Assembly: GCA_003597955.1 (NCBI GenBank)
Contig: QZJU01000021.1
Span: 44,880-108,879 of the forward strand
Length of the DNA: 64,000 nucleotides
Origin: Candidatus Parcubacteria bacterium
GTDB lineage: Bacteria > Patescibacteriota > Patescibacteriia > PEXW01
Direction of reading: 5' to 3'
The position numbers and the translations under genes are program-made. The notes below the pieces were generated by a model. The model ran no database searches, was not told the DNA's origin, and worked only from the letters and a program-made list of their open reading frames with translations. Every line of letters begins with the position of its first letter. Within the stretch, counting starts at the first letter, position 1. This document shows positions 28,621-38,616 of the stretch, piece by piece.

Positions 28621-29602
28621 AAAATTTTTTGGTTTTTTTATTTTGTGTCTGGGCTTGTGGCTACTGCCTGGCCGAGCCTTAGCCCAAAGCGAGTCAGAGT
28701 TAAATTTAATATTTGGCGGCGATGTTATGCTTGGCCGGGCTGTCCGCGATCAAATTGCCAAACGCGGCGGAAATGACGGAGCCTGGGTTATGCAAAACCT
28801 GGCTCCGGAGTTCAAAGCTGCGAATTTTGCATTCGTAAATCTGGAATCGCCTTTTGCGCCAGGCGCAGCTTTGGGGTACAGCTTGATTTTCAGGGCTGAC
28901 CCAAAACATGTTTCCGCTTTAACTTCCGCCGGCATTGACGCCGTGTCTTTGGCCAATAATCACGCAAAAAATCAGGGCCGTTTGGGCTTGCAGACCAGCT
29001 TAAGCTTATTAACGCAAAAGGGGATTGGCGTAGCGGGCGCTGGTTTAACTTTAAAGTCAGGGTATAAACCCGCCCAAGTTCAAGTAAAAAAAACTAAGGT
29101 TTCAGTTTTAGCCTATACCTACAATGAACATTTGCCGCTCAAAAACAGCACGCCAACCGTGGCCGGCATGCTCACCTATGTTATGCAGGCGGAAGTAAAG
29201 AAAGCCAAAGCCAAAGGCGGTCTGGTGATTGTCTCCATGCACGCCGGCAATGAATATACTTTAAGAATAACCAATCAGCAGCGAAATTTTGCTCGTGCCG
29301 CTGTTGACGCTGGCGCGGATCTGGTAATCGGCCATCATCCGCATTGGGTCCAGCCCATTGAGATTTATAAAACCAAACCGATTTTTTATTCTTTGGGCAA
29401 TTTGGTATTTGATCAGCCGTGGTCTTTGGAAACTCAGCTGGGCTTGGTGGCCAAGGTAAAGTTAGTCGACGGCCAAATCAAGCAAATCAAATTATTGCCA
29501 ATCAAAATTGACCTGGCGGCAAAGCCCAGATGGATGAACGAAGTTGAGGCGAGAAAAGTTTTAAATCGGATTGATCGGCCAAGCGGGGTAATTAATTTTT
29601 AA
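28613..29602 (+). CDS. CapA family metallophosphatase-fold protein
   Basis: Signal peptide; GDVMLGR, NLESP, LANNH, GHHPH, YSLGN. Confidence 0.92.
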   Translation: MFKKFFGFFILCLGLWLLPGRALAQSESELNLIFGGDVMLGRAVRDQIAKRGGNDGAWVMQNLAPEFKAANFAFVNLESPFAPGAALGYSLIFRADPKHVSALTSAGIDAVSLANNHAKNQGRLGLQTSLSLLTQKGIGVAGAGLTLKSGYKPAQVQVKKTKVSVLAYTYNEHLPLKNSTPTVAGMLTYVMQAEVKKAKAKGGLVIVSMHAGNEYTLRITNQQRNFARAAVDAGADLVIGHHPHWVQPIEIYKTKPIFYSLGNLVFDQPWSLETQLGLVAKVKLVDGQIKQIKLLPIKIDLAAKPRWMNEVEARKVLNRIDRPSGVINF

Positions 29603-29607
29603 AAAAT

Positions 29608-30699
29608 TTATACGCCCACTCGAAAATGGGCCACATCCCCAGGCCGCATAACATAGTCCCGGCCTTCAATGCGCAGTAAACCCTTTTCTTTGCACCCGGC
29701 CTCACCGTATTTTATGAAATCCTGGCAATCGATAATTTCCGCCCGGATGAAATTTTTTTCAAAGTCGCTGTGGATCACGCCTGCGGCTTGGGGTGCGGTC
29801 ATGCCTTGTTTAATGGTCCAAGCCTTGGATTCCATCTCACCCGAAGTATAAAAAGTCTGCAAACCCAGGATAGTAAATGCTTGGTGGATGAGCCGGTGCA
29901 AGCCCGGTTCTTTGAGGCCAAGGCTTTGCATATAGGTCAAACCTTCTTCGTCGGAAAGCTCGGCCAGCTCGGCTTCAATCTTTGCTGAAATTACAACAAA
30001 GTCTTTGGCCGGCTGGTTAAGCGACTTTGCCAATTCGGTTTGGATTTGCTCGGCTTTAGCGATTTCGGATTCGGCCACATTCGCCACATAAATAACCGGC
30101 TTGCCAGTCAGTAAATTCATTTCTTTAATCAGTTTTGCCGGTTCTTCCAAATCCAGCAAAGTCAAAAGATTTTTGCCCTGGGCCAGCTGGGATTCGATAT
30201 CGGCCAAAATCGGCAATTGCGCCAAAGCCGCCTTGTCGCCGGACTTGGCTTTACCGCTCAAATTCTCAATTCTTTTTTTCACCACTTCCAAATCAGCCAA
30301 GGCCAGCTCGGCCTCGATAATTTCCACATCCGCCTTGGGATCCACCCGATTTTCCACATGAATGACTTTGGTGTCCACAAAAACCCTGACCACATGAGCA
30401 ATGGCCGCCACATCGCGGATGTTAGCCAAGAATTTGTTGCCTAAGCCTTCGCCCTGGTGTGCGTTTTTAACTAAGCCGGCGATATCCACGAATTCCACGA
30501 TTGCCGGCACGATTTTTTTTGCTTGGCTGACTTTGGCTAATTTAGGCAGGATCGAGTCCGGCACTTCCACCACGCCGACATTGGGATCGATGGTGGTAAA
30601 AGGGTAATTTTCCGCAGGGACGGCTTTTTTGGTGAGCGCCCGAAAGAGCGTGGATTTGCCCACGTTAGGCAGGCCGATAATGCCGATTTTTAGAGACAT
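29608..30699 (-). CDS. ychF: Ribosome-binding ATPase YchF
   Basis: [37 protein letters not shown] domain. Confidence 0.98.
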   Translation of the reverse strand: MSLKIGIIGLPNVGKSTLFRALTKKAVPAENYPFTTIDPNVGVVEVPDSILPKLAKVSQAKKIVPAIVEFVDIAGLVKNAHQGEGLGNKFLANIRDVAAIAHVVRVFVDTKVIHVENRVDPKADVEIIEAELALADLEVVKKRIENLSGKAKSGDKAALAQLPILADIESQLAQGKNLLTLLDLEEPAKLIKEMNLLTGKPVIYVANVAESEIAKAEQIQTELAKSLNQPAKDFVVISAKIEAELAELSDEEGLTYMQSLGLKEPGLHRLIHQAFTILGLQTFYTSGEMESKAWTIKQGMTAPQAAGVIHSDFEKNFIRAEIIDCQDFIKYGEAGCKEKGLLRIEGRDYVMRPGDVAHFRVGV

Positions 30700-30754
30700 A
30701 TTTCAAAAGTTAACAGACTTTCGCGAAAACTCAAAGTCAGGTTATAATTTAAGT

Positions 30755-31483
30755 ATGTTAGAGCCAAATCAAAACCCTGGAAATTTTTCAGCCGGCCAAA
30801 TTCCGCCTTGGAAAAATCCAAATAGACCGGAAAACCAACCAACCCAGAATCCGCCCGGGGAATCGAATTTGCCGTCTCGAAGCGATCAAACTCCAGCTGC
30901 CCCGCGCTATCCCGGTCCGGTGCCGGCCGCGCCAACGCGGCCTAACCCGAACTTTCACGAGGTCCAAACTCCGCCGGGTGTTGAAAAAGATTGGGGACCT
31001 TTGCGGCCGATCCGGAAATTGCCCAAACCCAGCCAGGAAAAAGTGACTTATGTCTTAACCAAAGCCCAACGCGTGGACATCCCCGGAGAGGCCTCAAGCC
31101 GTCGCCGTTGGACCATCGCCGGGTCGATTATCGCGATCTTAGTGATTGGCGGAGGCACCACGGCGTTTATTTTTTTCGGCCGGCAAGAACAAGGCGTAGT
31201 GGTCAGTAATCAGCCTATAATTTTCAGTAATACGAACACCAACACAAACGCCAATACCAATTCCACGGAAAATGTTTTTCCTTTGGCTAATGCTAATACG
31301 AACCAGGCGAACATCAATATAAATTTGGATTCCGATGCAGACGGTTTAACCGACGCTCAAGAAAAAATTTACAGTACTAACGCAAATAATCCCGACACCG
31401 ACGGTGATGGTTTCTTGGACGGGGCTGAAGTAAGCGGCGGTTATGATCCGCTCAAAGGTGGCGGCGCAAAATTAGCCAAGTAA
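30755..31483 (+). CDS. Bitopic membrane protein: Pro-rich N-terminus, Asn/Thr linker, Ca-binding DxDxDG repeats
   Basis: One TM; DSDADGLTD and DTDGDGFLD. ATG 30755 follows TATAAT. Confidence 0.8.
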   Translation: MLEPNQNPGNFSAGQIPPWKNPNRPENQPTQNPPGESNLPSRSDQTPAAPRYPGPVPAAPTRPNPNFHEVQTPPGVEKDWGPLRPIRKLPKPSQEKVTYVLTKAQRVDIPGEASSRRRWTIAGSIIAILVIGGGTTAFIFFGRQEQGVVVSNQPIIFSNTNTNTNANTNSTENVFPLANANTNQANININLDSDADGLTDAQEKIYSTNANNPDTDGDGFLDGAEVSGGYDPLKGGGAKLAK

Positions 31484-32002
31484 TTTTTTCAAGTCGCGCA
31501 AAGCTCGCCGGTTGTTCGCAAAGGCGATTTTCTTTGGCAACTCATTTAATTTAAACCAAGCGCAAGCCGAAATATCGTCAGCCGGTTTTAACTGTCCGAA
31601 CCAATTTTTTATTAAAAAATACAGATTAAAAGTTGATTGGGGGAGATCGCTGAAGTATTCACCCAAATATATGCCCAAAAACCTTGGTTGGCGGATTTGT
31701 ATACCCAGTTCCTCCCGCAATTCTCTGGCCAAACCCTTTTCCGCAGATTCGTGAAAATCCAAAAATCCGCCAGGCGCATCCCAATAGCCTTTTAAAGGCT
31801 TAACCCGCCTTTTGACCAATAAAACTTGGCGGCCTTTGCTTAAAAAACACGAGGCCGTAGGCTTGGAATTCTGCCAAAAAATAAATTGGCAATTTCGGCA
31901 GAACAGCTCGGCTCGGCCGTGGATTTTCTTAAAAACGAATTTTTTGCCGCAACGCGGGCAAAATTTAAAATGGCTTTGGATTTTTTGTTTAAAGTTTGGC
32001 AT
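31472..32002 (-). CDS. NUDIX hydrolase with N-terminal Zn ribbon
   Basis: CPRCG..CRNC and PGGF..RELREELG. Confidence 0.9.
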   Translation of the reverse strand: MPNFKQKIQSHFKFCPRCGKKFVFKKIHGRAELFCRNCQFIFWQNSKPTASCFLSKGRQVLLVKRRVKPLKGYWDAPGGFLDFHESAEKGLARELREELGIQIRQPRFLGIYLGEYFSDLPQSTFNLYFLIKNWFGQLKPADDISACAWFKLNELPKKIAFANNRRALRDLKKLLG

Positions 32003-32825
32003 TTTTTTCGTATAAAGCAAGCACTCGCTGCATAAGCATGGCTACGGTCATGGGGCCGACGCCCCCCGGCACGGGCGTGAGCCAACCCGGCAGATTTTTT
32101 ACTGATGCCGAGTCGACATCGCCGACTACTTTGCCATCAACCCGATTAAACCCTACGTCAATAACAATAACTCCAGGGGCAAGATGCTCGGCTTTTAAGA
32201 AATTCGCTTGGCCAATGGCTATGACCACAACCTTGGCCGCCTTGGTCAAGGTTTGGAAATTTTGAAACGGGGGATAAAGCGGAATTACATCCAAACCTTG
32301 GCGCGCAAGCATGATTGACATGGGTTCGCCAAAAGCGGTGCTGTTGGCCAGGATTGCGGCCTTGGCTAGGTTTAAATTTTGATCCGCGCTTTGGATTAAC
32401 CGCCAGACGCCCTGGCAGAGCGCCGGGGCGAGCACATTGGGATCAGAGCGGAAGTTTTTTAGACTTTCAAACTGAAAACCGTCAGCGTCTTTTTTTGGTC
32501 CAATCGCGGAGATAATCTGATCAGCGCTTAAAGGCCTTGGCAGTGGCAGCTGAACCAAGACCCCGTGAATTTGCGGGTTTTGATTTAAAGCCCGGATGCG
32601 GTTAATAATATCCGCCTGGCTGGTATTTTCCGGAAAGACAAATCTCTCAAAATGCATGCCGATTTCTTGGGCGGCTTGAGCCTTAAGCCGGACATAAGTG
32701 TGGGAGGCCTGGTCTTTGCCGACCAAAATAATTGCTAAACCCGGCTTAATTTTAAAACCCGCGATTTTTTGTTTTAAATCTTGGCGGATTTGGAGCGCGA
32801 GTTTTCGGCTATCGAGGAGCTGCAT
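31989..32825 (-). CDS. folD: Methylene-THF dehydrogenase/cyclohydrolase
   Basis: YVRLK, VQLPLP, KDADG, TPVPGGVGPMTVAML. Confidence 0.95.
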   Translation of the reverse strand: MQLLDSRKLALQIRQDLKQKIAGFKIKPGLAIILVGKDQASHTYVRLKAQAAQEIGMHFERFVFPENTSQADIINRIRALNQNPQIHGVLVQLPLPRPLSADQIISAIGPKKDADGFQFESLKNFRSDPNVLAPALCQGVWRLIQSADQNLNLAKAAILANSTAFGEPMSIMLARQGLDVIPLYPPFQNFQTLTKAAKVVVIAIGQANFLKAEHLAPGVIVIDVGFNRVDGKVVGDVDSASVKNLPGWLTPVPGGVGPMTVAMLMQRVLALYEKNAKL

Positions 32826-32829
32826 TTTT

Positions 32830-34161
32830 TTAAAGATTTGAACGCTTAGATAAGATCAACCTTTCCGAATACCAATTCTGTCTTAGCTCGCCGGCCAAAT
32901 ACAAAGAACCGGTTATGAGAATGGGCAAGTGATTAGGTGGCCGCAAAAGGTTTTGCAAGGCTCGGCGGCAATTTGGCCAGACCGTGAATTTTTCTTTAGG
33001 CAGGGTTTGGCGGAAAATTCGGCCCAGATTTTTGGCGGGCAGGGGTTTTGGGTAGGGCAGGCTGGCTTGGGTGATTAACCACCGCGCCACCACGGGTCGT
33101 AAGGTTTTTAGAATGGTCTTTGCGGCTTTTTTCTCACCAATGCCCAGCAGGCAGTTAACCTGATTATAGCCCAGAGTTTTTAAGGTTTCTACTAAGGCTC
33201 GGATTTTATCCGGATTGTGCGCGCCATCCAGAATGACCAGCGGAGAATCAGGCCGGATTTCAATTCGGGCTGGCAAAAAGGTTTTTTGCAAACCAGCTTT
33301 AATGGCGGCACGGGAAATTTTTAATTCCTCGGCAACCGCAATGGCCAGATTGGCGTTGTTTTGTTGATGCGGGCCGAGCATTTTTTGGCGGATTCGGCTG
33401 AGTCGAGGATGTTGCCAGGCCATCCAACCGGTCTGGTAAGTAATATTGGCTTTTGGCCGGGGGATAAAAACTCTTGGAATCCGCAAGTGTTTGGCTTGGT
33501 CAAAAATAATTTTTTGAATCCTTGGACTTGTCTCGCCGGTGAATAACTTGGTGCCAGGTTTCAAAATTCCGGCCTTGTTTCGGGCGATCCGCGCCCGGGT
33601 TCGACCCAAAAGCTGCTGGTGATCCAAGCCGACATTGGTAATGACGGCAATTTTCGGCGCTGGAATGACATTGGTCGGGTCGAATTTTCCGCCGCAGCCG
33701 ACTTCAATGACAGCCCATTCAATTTTGTGTTTTTTAAAAATCAGCAAACTCATGGCAAACAGCGTTTCAAAGTGCGACGGAATGAATTTTTTGTTGAATT
33801 TCTTGGTTTGGTTAAGGTAGGGCCGGGCTTTCTCAAATGCCCACAGGAAATCTGCGACTGAAACTAGCTGGCCATTAACCATGATTCTTTCGGTGGTGGT
33901 TACGACATGCGGGGAAAAGTACGAGCCCACTTTTTTGCCCGCCGCCTTCAAGATGTTATGCAAGTACAGAACCACGGAACCCTTGCCCGAGGTGCCAGTG
34001 ACGTGGATGTATTTTAAGAGTTTTTCGGGATTGCCCAAAGCATCCAGGAGTTTTTGCGTGCGCGCCAGAGAAAGTTGGGGATTTTCGCGACGCGTGGCAA
34101 AAACTTGGGCCGGCAAAGCTTCCAAGATTTTTTGGACTTTTTTGTAGGCCGAATAACGCAT
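32830..34161 (-). CDS. folC: Folylpolyglutamate synthase/dihydrofolate synthase
   Basis: IHVTGTSGKGS, SPH, EVGCGGKFDPTN, LDGAHNP, TGSLYL. Start moved to 34161. Confidence 0.92.
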   Translation of the reverse strand: MRYSAYKKVQKILEALPAQVFATRRENPQLSLARTQKLLDALGNPEKLLKYIHVTGTSGKGSVVLYLHNILKAAGKKVGSYFSPHVVTTTERIMVNGQLVSVADFLWAFEKARPYLNQTKKFNKKFIPSHFETLFAMSLLIFKKHKIEWAVIEVGCGGKFDPTNVIPAPKIAVITNVGLDHQQLLGRTRARIARNKAGILKPGTKLFTGETSPRIQKIIFDQAKHLRIPRVFIPRPKANITYQTGWMAWQHPRLSRIRQKMLGPHQQNNANLAIAVAEELKISRAAIKAGLQKTFLPARIEIRPDSPLVILDGAHNPDKIRALVETLKTLGYNQVNCLLGIGEKKAAKTILKTLRPVVARWLITQASLPYPKPLPAKNLGRIFRQTLPKEKFTVWPNCRRALQNLLRPPNHLPILITGSLYLAGELRQNWYSERLILSKRSNL

Positions 34162-34205
34162 AAATTTCACTTTAATGGTTTTATCGGAAAAATTAAAGCC
34201 GTTTG

Positions 34206-34826
34206 CTATTGCAAACGGCTGGAAGTTTTGACTTGACTGCGGATGACGCATTCAAGTTCGGCGGGTGAGTTTAAATACCAAAGCTCCTTTGGTAACTGGA
34301 CCACGGCAACATTCTCAGGGCGGGCATGAATGCGTCGGTAAGCCACTACGCCGGCCTTAGTGGTTTCTAAACAATTTTTGACAACCCGTTGGGTTTGGCT
34401 GGTAGTATGTACATATTCATGCGGGTTCAGCATAAAGCCAACATGGCCGACTCCCGGAGGGTATTTGGGGTGCGCCCAAGGGCTTTTGCCCTTGAAAAAA
34501 ATCAAATCGCCGGTGCTTAGGTTGGCAGCTTTAATTTCTTGTCCGCAATCCGCCTGCAAAACCGTGTAACGAGGTAGCCAAATTCCGGCGCAGGCAAAAA
34601 TAGTTTTTACCAAACCGGCGCAGTCCAAAGTCTTTGGGGGGTATGCTAGCTCGGCTCGCAGTTCGTAAGGAACGCCAATGAAGCTTTCTGCCAACTCAAC
34701 CAGATTCCAGACGATTAAGCGGCAATACAAATCGGTTAAAATTTCCTCGAGTCTTTTTTGCGAAAGATTGAGGTTTTGGCAGGCCCGAAACGGGTCAAAT
34801 GCTAAAAAGCCAAAAGTCGGATGCAT
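34206..34826 (-). CDS. NlpC/P60 family peptidase
   Basis: GVPY..DCAG..LPR..GDLIFF..GHVG..H. SD precedes ATG 34826. Confidence 0.87.
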   Translation of the reverse strand: MHPTFGFLAFDPFRACQNLNLSQKRLEEILTDLYCRLIVWNLVELAESFIGVPYELRAELAYPPKTLDCAGLVKTIFACAGIWLPRYTVLQADCGQEIKAANLSTGDLIFFKGKSPWAHPKYPPGVGHVGFMLNPHEYVHTTSQTQRVVKNCLETTKAGVVAYRRIHARPENVAVVQLPKELWYLNSPAELECVIRSQVKTSSRLQ

Positions 34827-34944
34827 ATTCTCCCTTTCAATGAGCAAGGTTTTGTATTGTGAGCACTTTAACACATACATAAAAAACCACAACTGCGGTG
34901 GGGCAGTTAAAGTTTTTAGTTTTTTTGGGAAAGTAGTTTACGAA

Positions 34945-35502
34945 TTAAAGCAGCGCTTGCCAGCCTTTGGTTCTGACTAAATAGGCTGCTTTAGCCACCA
35001 GATAAGCCAAAAAAGGATCGTCTAGTTTGCCGGTTAGAGCAAGCTGTTCCGCTTTTTTAAGTGAGGTAGGAACAGGCCGAATATCTTCACCCGGATCGCC
35101 CGGAAGACGTGAAGGAATCAACCCACTGGCAATAAAGCCGAAGAGCGGCCAAGCGAAATGTTGGGGAGTTTGGTGAAATAGCCAAAGTTTTTTAGCTTTA
35201 AAACCCGCTTCTTCCCGGAGTTCTTTTTGTGCCGCGGCTTTGGCGGTGTGCCCTTTTTCAATTTTCCCGACAGGCAAATGCCAGACAAAACCCCGGCGCA
35301 TTTCTTTGTATTCCCGCGTCAGTATTAACCGGCGTTTGGCATCAAAAGCCAAAATCACAACCGTGGGTACGCGATGAACATATTCGAAAGTCATCTTTCG
35401 GCCGTCGGGCAGATGCGCCGGTACTTCTGTGATAGTGTAAATCCGGCCGTGGTATGCAATTCGGGGCTTGCCCAAGATTGTGTGTTTTCTTTTCATACCC
35501 AT
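34945..35502 (-). CDS. NUDIX hydrolase (ADP-ribose pyrophosphatase-like)
   Basis: LPVGKIE..AAQKELREEAG. Confidence 0.87.
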   Translation of the reverse strand: MGMKRKHTILGKPRIAYHGRIYTITEVPAHLPDGRKMTFEYVHRVPTVVILAFDAKRRLILTREYKEMRRGFVWHLPVGKIEKGHTAKAAAQKELREEAGFKAKKLWLFHQTPQHFAWPLFGFIASGLIPSRLPGDPGEDIRPVPTSLKKAEQLALTGKLDDPFLAYLVAKAAYLVRTKGWQALL

Positions 35503-35540
35503 ACGAATTACGAATATAGTCTACGAAATACGAATAAGGG
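35502..35540. repeat. TACGAAW heptamer array
   Basis: 4 copies at 35502-35535; the first overlaps the start codon. Confidence 0.8.
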
Positions 35541-35603
35541 AATAGAAACTTCAGTCTCTATAACTAATGCAAGTTGTGTAAATAAACGAATTGACAGAGT
35601 GCG

Positions 35604-36896
35604 TTAATTAGAGGATTTGTAAAAAAGCGGATGTGTCTTGGTTAAGCTCCTGACTCTTTCTTTAACTTCAATGTGCGTGGCAGAATCATTTGGATTTTTT
35701 AAAACTCTGGCGATCAACAAGCCGATTTCGCGCATTGCATCGGTTTTAAACCCTCGGGTGGTTAGGGCTGGCGTGCCCAGCCTAATGCCCGAAGGATCCA
35801 AGGGCTTTCTGCGATCAAAGGGAATCAGGTTTTTGTTTACGGTAATGCCGACCGAATCCAGGAGCGTTTCCGCCTGCTTGCCGGATAAGCCAAGATTTGT
35901 CAGATCAATTAGTAATAAATGGTTATCAGTTCCACCAGTGATTAGATCCAAGCCCTGTGCGCTCAAGGTTTCTGACAAAGCTTTGGCATTTAGTACGATT
36001 TGACGGCCGTAAATTTTAAATTCCGGAGCGTCGGCTTCTTTTAGGGCAACCGCAATGGCCGCGGTTTGGTGGTTATGCGGTCCACCCTGCAGACCGGGAA
36101 TGATCGCGGCGTCAATCAACTCGGCTAGATTCCGTTTTGAAGTTGGATGATACAGATCATGGAAGCGGTCTTCGACTTTGGGCAGTAAAATTATGGCGCC
36201 GCGCGGTCCGCGCAGGGTTTTATGCGTGGTGGTCATCACTATATCCGCGTAAGGCACGGGCGAAGGGTGCTCGCCGGCTATGATTAAGCCCGTGATGTGT
36301 GAAATATCAGCCAGCAAATAGGCATTTACTTCATCGGCGATTTCACGGAATTTTTGGAAATCAATTATTCGCGGATAAGCCGACGCCCCGCAAATCAGCA
36401 TTTTAGGCTTTTCCGCAAGCGCGATTTTTCGAATCTCTTCATAGTTGAGCAAATGCGTTTTGGAATCGACCCCGTAAGTCGCCGCTTGGTAGAATTTTCC
36501 GGAAAAATTCAGCTTATAACCGTGGGTCAAATGCCCGCCCATGGTCAAACTTTGGCCCAGTACTTTGTCGCCCGGATTGAGCAAAGCGAAATAGATGGCT
36601 AAATTCGCCGGGGAACCGGAGTAAGGCTGGACATTAGCGTGCGCCACTTGGAAAAGCGCTTTCGCCCTTTCCCGGGCCAGATTTTCCACCTGGTCGATAA
36701 ATTCGTTGCCACCATAATAGCGTGCGCCTGGATAGCCTTCGGAATATTTATTAGTTAAAACCGAACCTAAAGCTTCCAGGACCGCGGGGCTGGTAAAATT
36801 TTCCGAGGGGATCATTTCCAGACCCTCTTGTTGGCGATGTTTTTCCGCCTGGATCAGTTCGTAAATTTCCGAATCAGACTCTTTGAGTTTGGACAT
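35604..36896 (-). CDS. glyA: Serine hydroxymethyltransferase
   Basis: SENF, NKYSEGYPG, GGHLTHG, TTTHKTLRGPRG. Confidence 0.98.
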   Translation of the reverse strand: MSKLKESDSEIYELIQAEKHRQQEGLEMIPSENFTSPAVLEALGSVLTNKYSEGYPGARYYGGNEFIDQVENLARERAKALFQVAHANVQPYSGSPANLAIYFALLNPGDKVLGQSLTMGGHLTHGYKLNFSGKFYQAATYGVDSKTHLLNYEEIRKIALAEKPKMLICGASAYPRIIDFQKFREIADEVNAYLLADISHITGLIIAGEHPSPVPYADIVMTTTHKTLRGPRGAIILLPKVEDRFHDLYHPTSKRNLAELIDAAIIPGLQGGPHNHQTAAIAVALKEADAPEFKIYGRQIVLNAKALSETLSAQGLDLITGGTDNHLLLIDLTNLGLSGKQAETLLDSVGITVNKNLIPFDRRKPLDPSGIRLGTPALTTRGFKTDAMREIGLLIARVLKNPNDSATHIEVKERVRSLTKTHPLFYKSSN

Positions 36897-36924
36897 GCAG
36901 TTAATTTACGGCTTTCTTAGAGCC

Positions 36925-36953
36925 TTGACAAGTTCGGAAATTTCTGTTAAGTT
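36925..36953 (+). promoter_or_regulatory. Sigma70-type promoter
   Basis: TTGACA-17-TAAGTT with TGn. Confidence 0.55.
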
Positions 36954-37031
36954 TTCGAGTCAGATTAAAAAAGACATTGGAAATTGAAAAAATGGACTTT
37001 TTGCTTTACACCCTTTGCTTAAGGAGGAGAC

Positions 37032-37520
37032 ATGCCCTTATTCAGGAAGTATATCGGGGCAGATCCTAGCGGTCTACTGAAAGACCATCAAAATTCGATT
37101 TTGACTTCCCCGGAGAAAAAGGATTTCCCAGTCAAAATCGATTACGACGCCGAGTTGGCGTCTTTCGGCCCGTACAGATGGCTTTCGTGGCCAATGAATC
37201 ATGGCTTGGGTTTGGTTTTCGGATCACCCGAAGCTACGATTCGGCTGGTTCGGTTTAACGGCTATTTTTCCACAAAACAGATTAAAACCCAGCTTAAGGA
37301 GATTGGCCAGCCTGCGAATCTTTTTGAAATTGCCGCGCTCAAAGGCCTGGCCGTGCCTCTGCCAGTTGTCGGTCTGGGTACGGAAATCACTGACCCAGCC
37401 GGCCAGATTTGGTACCCGCGTTTATACAGAAGCGGATCCAAGGTTTACCTGGGCATTGAAGCCGTACAGCCCGGTAAGCAGTGGCACGACGGCATGTGGT
37501 TTGCCATAATGCCTTTTTAA
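37032..37520 (+). CDS. Hypothetical protein
   Basis: AAGGAGG SD, own promoter and terminator. Confidence 0.75.
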   Translation: MPLFRKYIGADPSGLLKDHQNSILTSPEKKDFPVKIDYDAELASFGPYRWLSWPMNHGLGLVFGSPEATIRLVRFNGYFSTKQIKTQLKEIGQPANLFEIAALKGLAVPLPVVGLGTEITDPAGQIWYPRLYRSGSKVYLGIEAVQPGKQWHDGMWFAIMPF

Positions 37521-37538
37521 GAAGACCGCCGTTTTTTT

Positions 37539-37606
37539 AAGCCTCGAATTTAATGGTTCGGGGCTTTTATTATTAAAAAACGTCTTTCCAATTAGAAAGA
37601 CGTTTT
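37539..37606. terminator. Two hairpins between convergent genes
   Basis: AAGCCTCGAA/TTCGGGGCTT and AAAACGTCTTTC/GAAAGACGTTTT. Confidence 0.6.
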
Positions 37607-38357
37607 AATGAACGGCCTGGCGGTTAGTCGCCAAAGCTTGCAAAGCCATGATGGAGCTGATGATTTTTTTGTTGATGGCCAGAATTCTTTTTTTCATTTC
37701 CGGATTTTGCATTTCTTGAGAGAAATTAATTGCCGGGCCGAAAATTACCAAAGGTTTTCGAAAAAAATTTCTGGGCAGCCAACGCCAAGTCCCGTGGGTT
37801 TTGGGCCCGCCGCGGGAAAAAATCCGCTCGATGCCCTGGTGAAATACCGGAATAACTGTGATTTTTTCCGCCGCACTGGCAATTAGGTAGCCGGGCCCGT
37901 TTTTAATTAAATTCAGATCATAGCTTCGGGTGCCCTGGTAAAAAATCAGCAAGTTGTTGTTCTCAATCAAGTCCTTATAGCGCCTTAAGAGCTTAGGGTC
38001 TTTGCGGCTTTCCACCGGCACAGTTCTTAAAAGTTTCAAAAACAACTTAATGTACCAGGTCGTGAAGTAATTTTTTTTGTCCGCGAAATTCAGAGGCGGC
38101 CGGCCGGGTCGCGTGAAAATTGAAGGAAAAGAAGCGCTGACTCCAATTAAAAAAGAATCAAACATACTTATGTGATTGCAAACGAATAAGACTCTCCGGC
38201 CTTTTTTGGGAATGTTTTCGCGTCCGAAGACCCGGGTAAAATTCAGGGGAAAACGGAAGAAGCAGAATCCCAAAAGGCTGGTTAGCACCAAGGCCAGATA
38301 TGAAAGCCATAAGCCTGGTCGAGCTTTTAACCACTTGAAAATGCGAGAGATTTTCAA
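37605..38357 (-). CDS. Lysophospholipid acyltransferase (PlsC-like)
   Basis: NHISMFD (HX4D), FYQGTRS, VIPV. TTG start with AAGGAGG. Confidence 0.87.
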   Translation of the reverse strand: MKISRIFKWLKARPGLWLSYLALVLTSLLGFCFFRFPLNFTRVFGRENIPKKGRRVLFVCNHISMFDSFLIGVSASFPSIFTRPGRPPLNFADKKNYFTTWYIKLFLKLLRTVPVESRKDPKLLRRYKDLIENNNLLIFYQGTRSYDLNLIKNGPGYLIASAAEKITVIPVFHQGIERIFSRGGPKTHGTWRWLPRNFFRKPLVIFGPAINFSQEMQNPEMKKRILAINKKIISSIMALQALATNRQAVH

Positions 38358-38420
38358 AGAGCCTCCTTGTTTTTATTTGTTGGTCCTACTTTAACAAATT
38401 AATTCTTTTTTGCAAGTTTT

Positions 38421-38550
38421 ATCCGCGCACCATCCCGCCTGCGGCGGCGGGGGTGCGGGATTTCCCGCCTCCTCCCGCGGCCGCAGGAGGAGGCGGGCAG
38501 GCGCTCCGCACCGTATCCTTTCAGATACCGCTAGGTCCTACTGGCGGAGC
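38421..38550. repeat. Cluster of nested GC-rich palindromes (REP-like)
   Basis: CGCACC..CCCGCC..GGCGGG..GGTGCG; CCCGCCTCCTCC-CGCGGCCGCA-GGAGGAGGCGGG (38464-38497); GCTCCGC..GCGGAGC. Confidence 0.7.
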
Positions 38551-38565
38551 TTCATTTAAAAAACC

Positions 38566-38594
38566 AAACCCCCGCCCGTATGGGCGGGGGTTTT
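38566..38594. terminator. Bidirectional intrinsic terminator
   Basis: AAACCCCCGCCC-GTAT-GGGCGGGGGTTTT. Confidence 0.8.
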
Positions 38595-38616
38595 CTTAAG
38601 GCTTTCGAAATAAAAC

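Noticed and set aside
36897-37031. ZTP or THF riboswitch upstream of glyA
   Set aside because: No consensus seen, and glyA appears leaderless.
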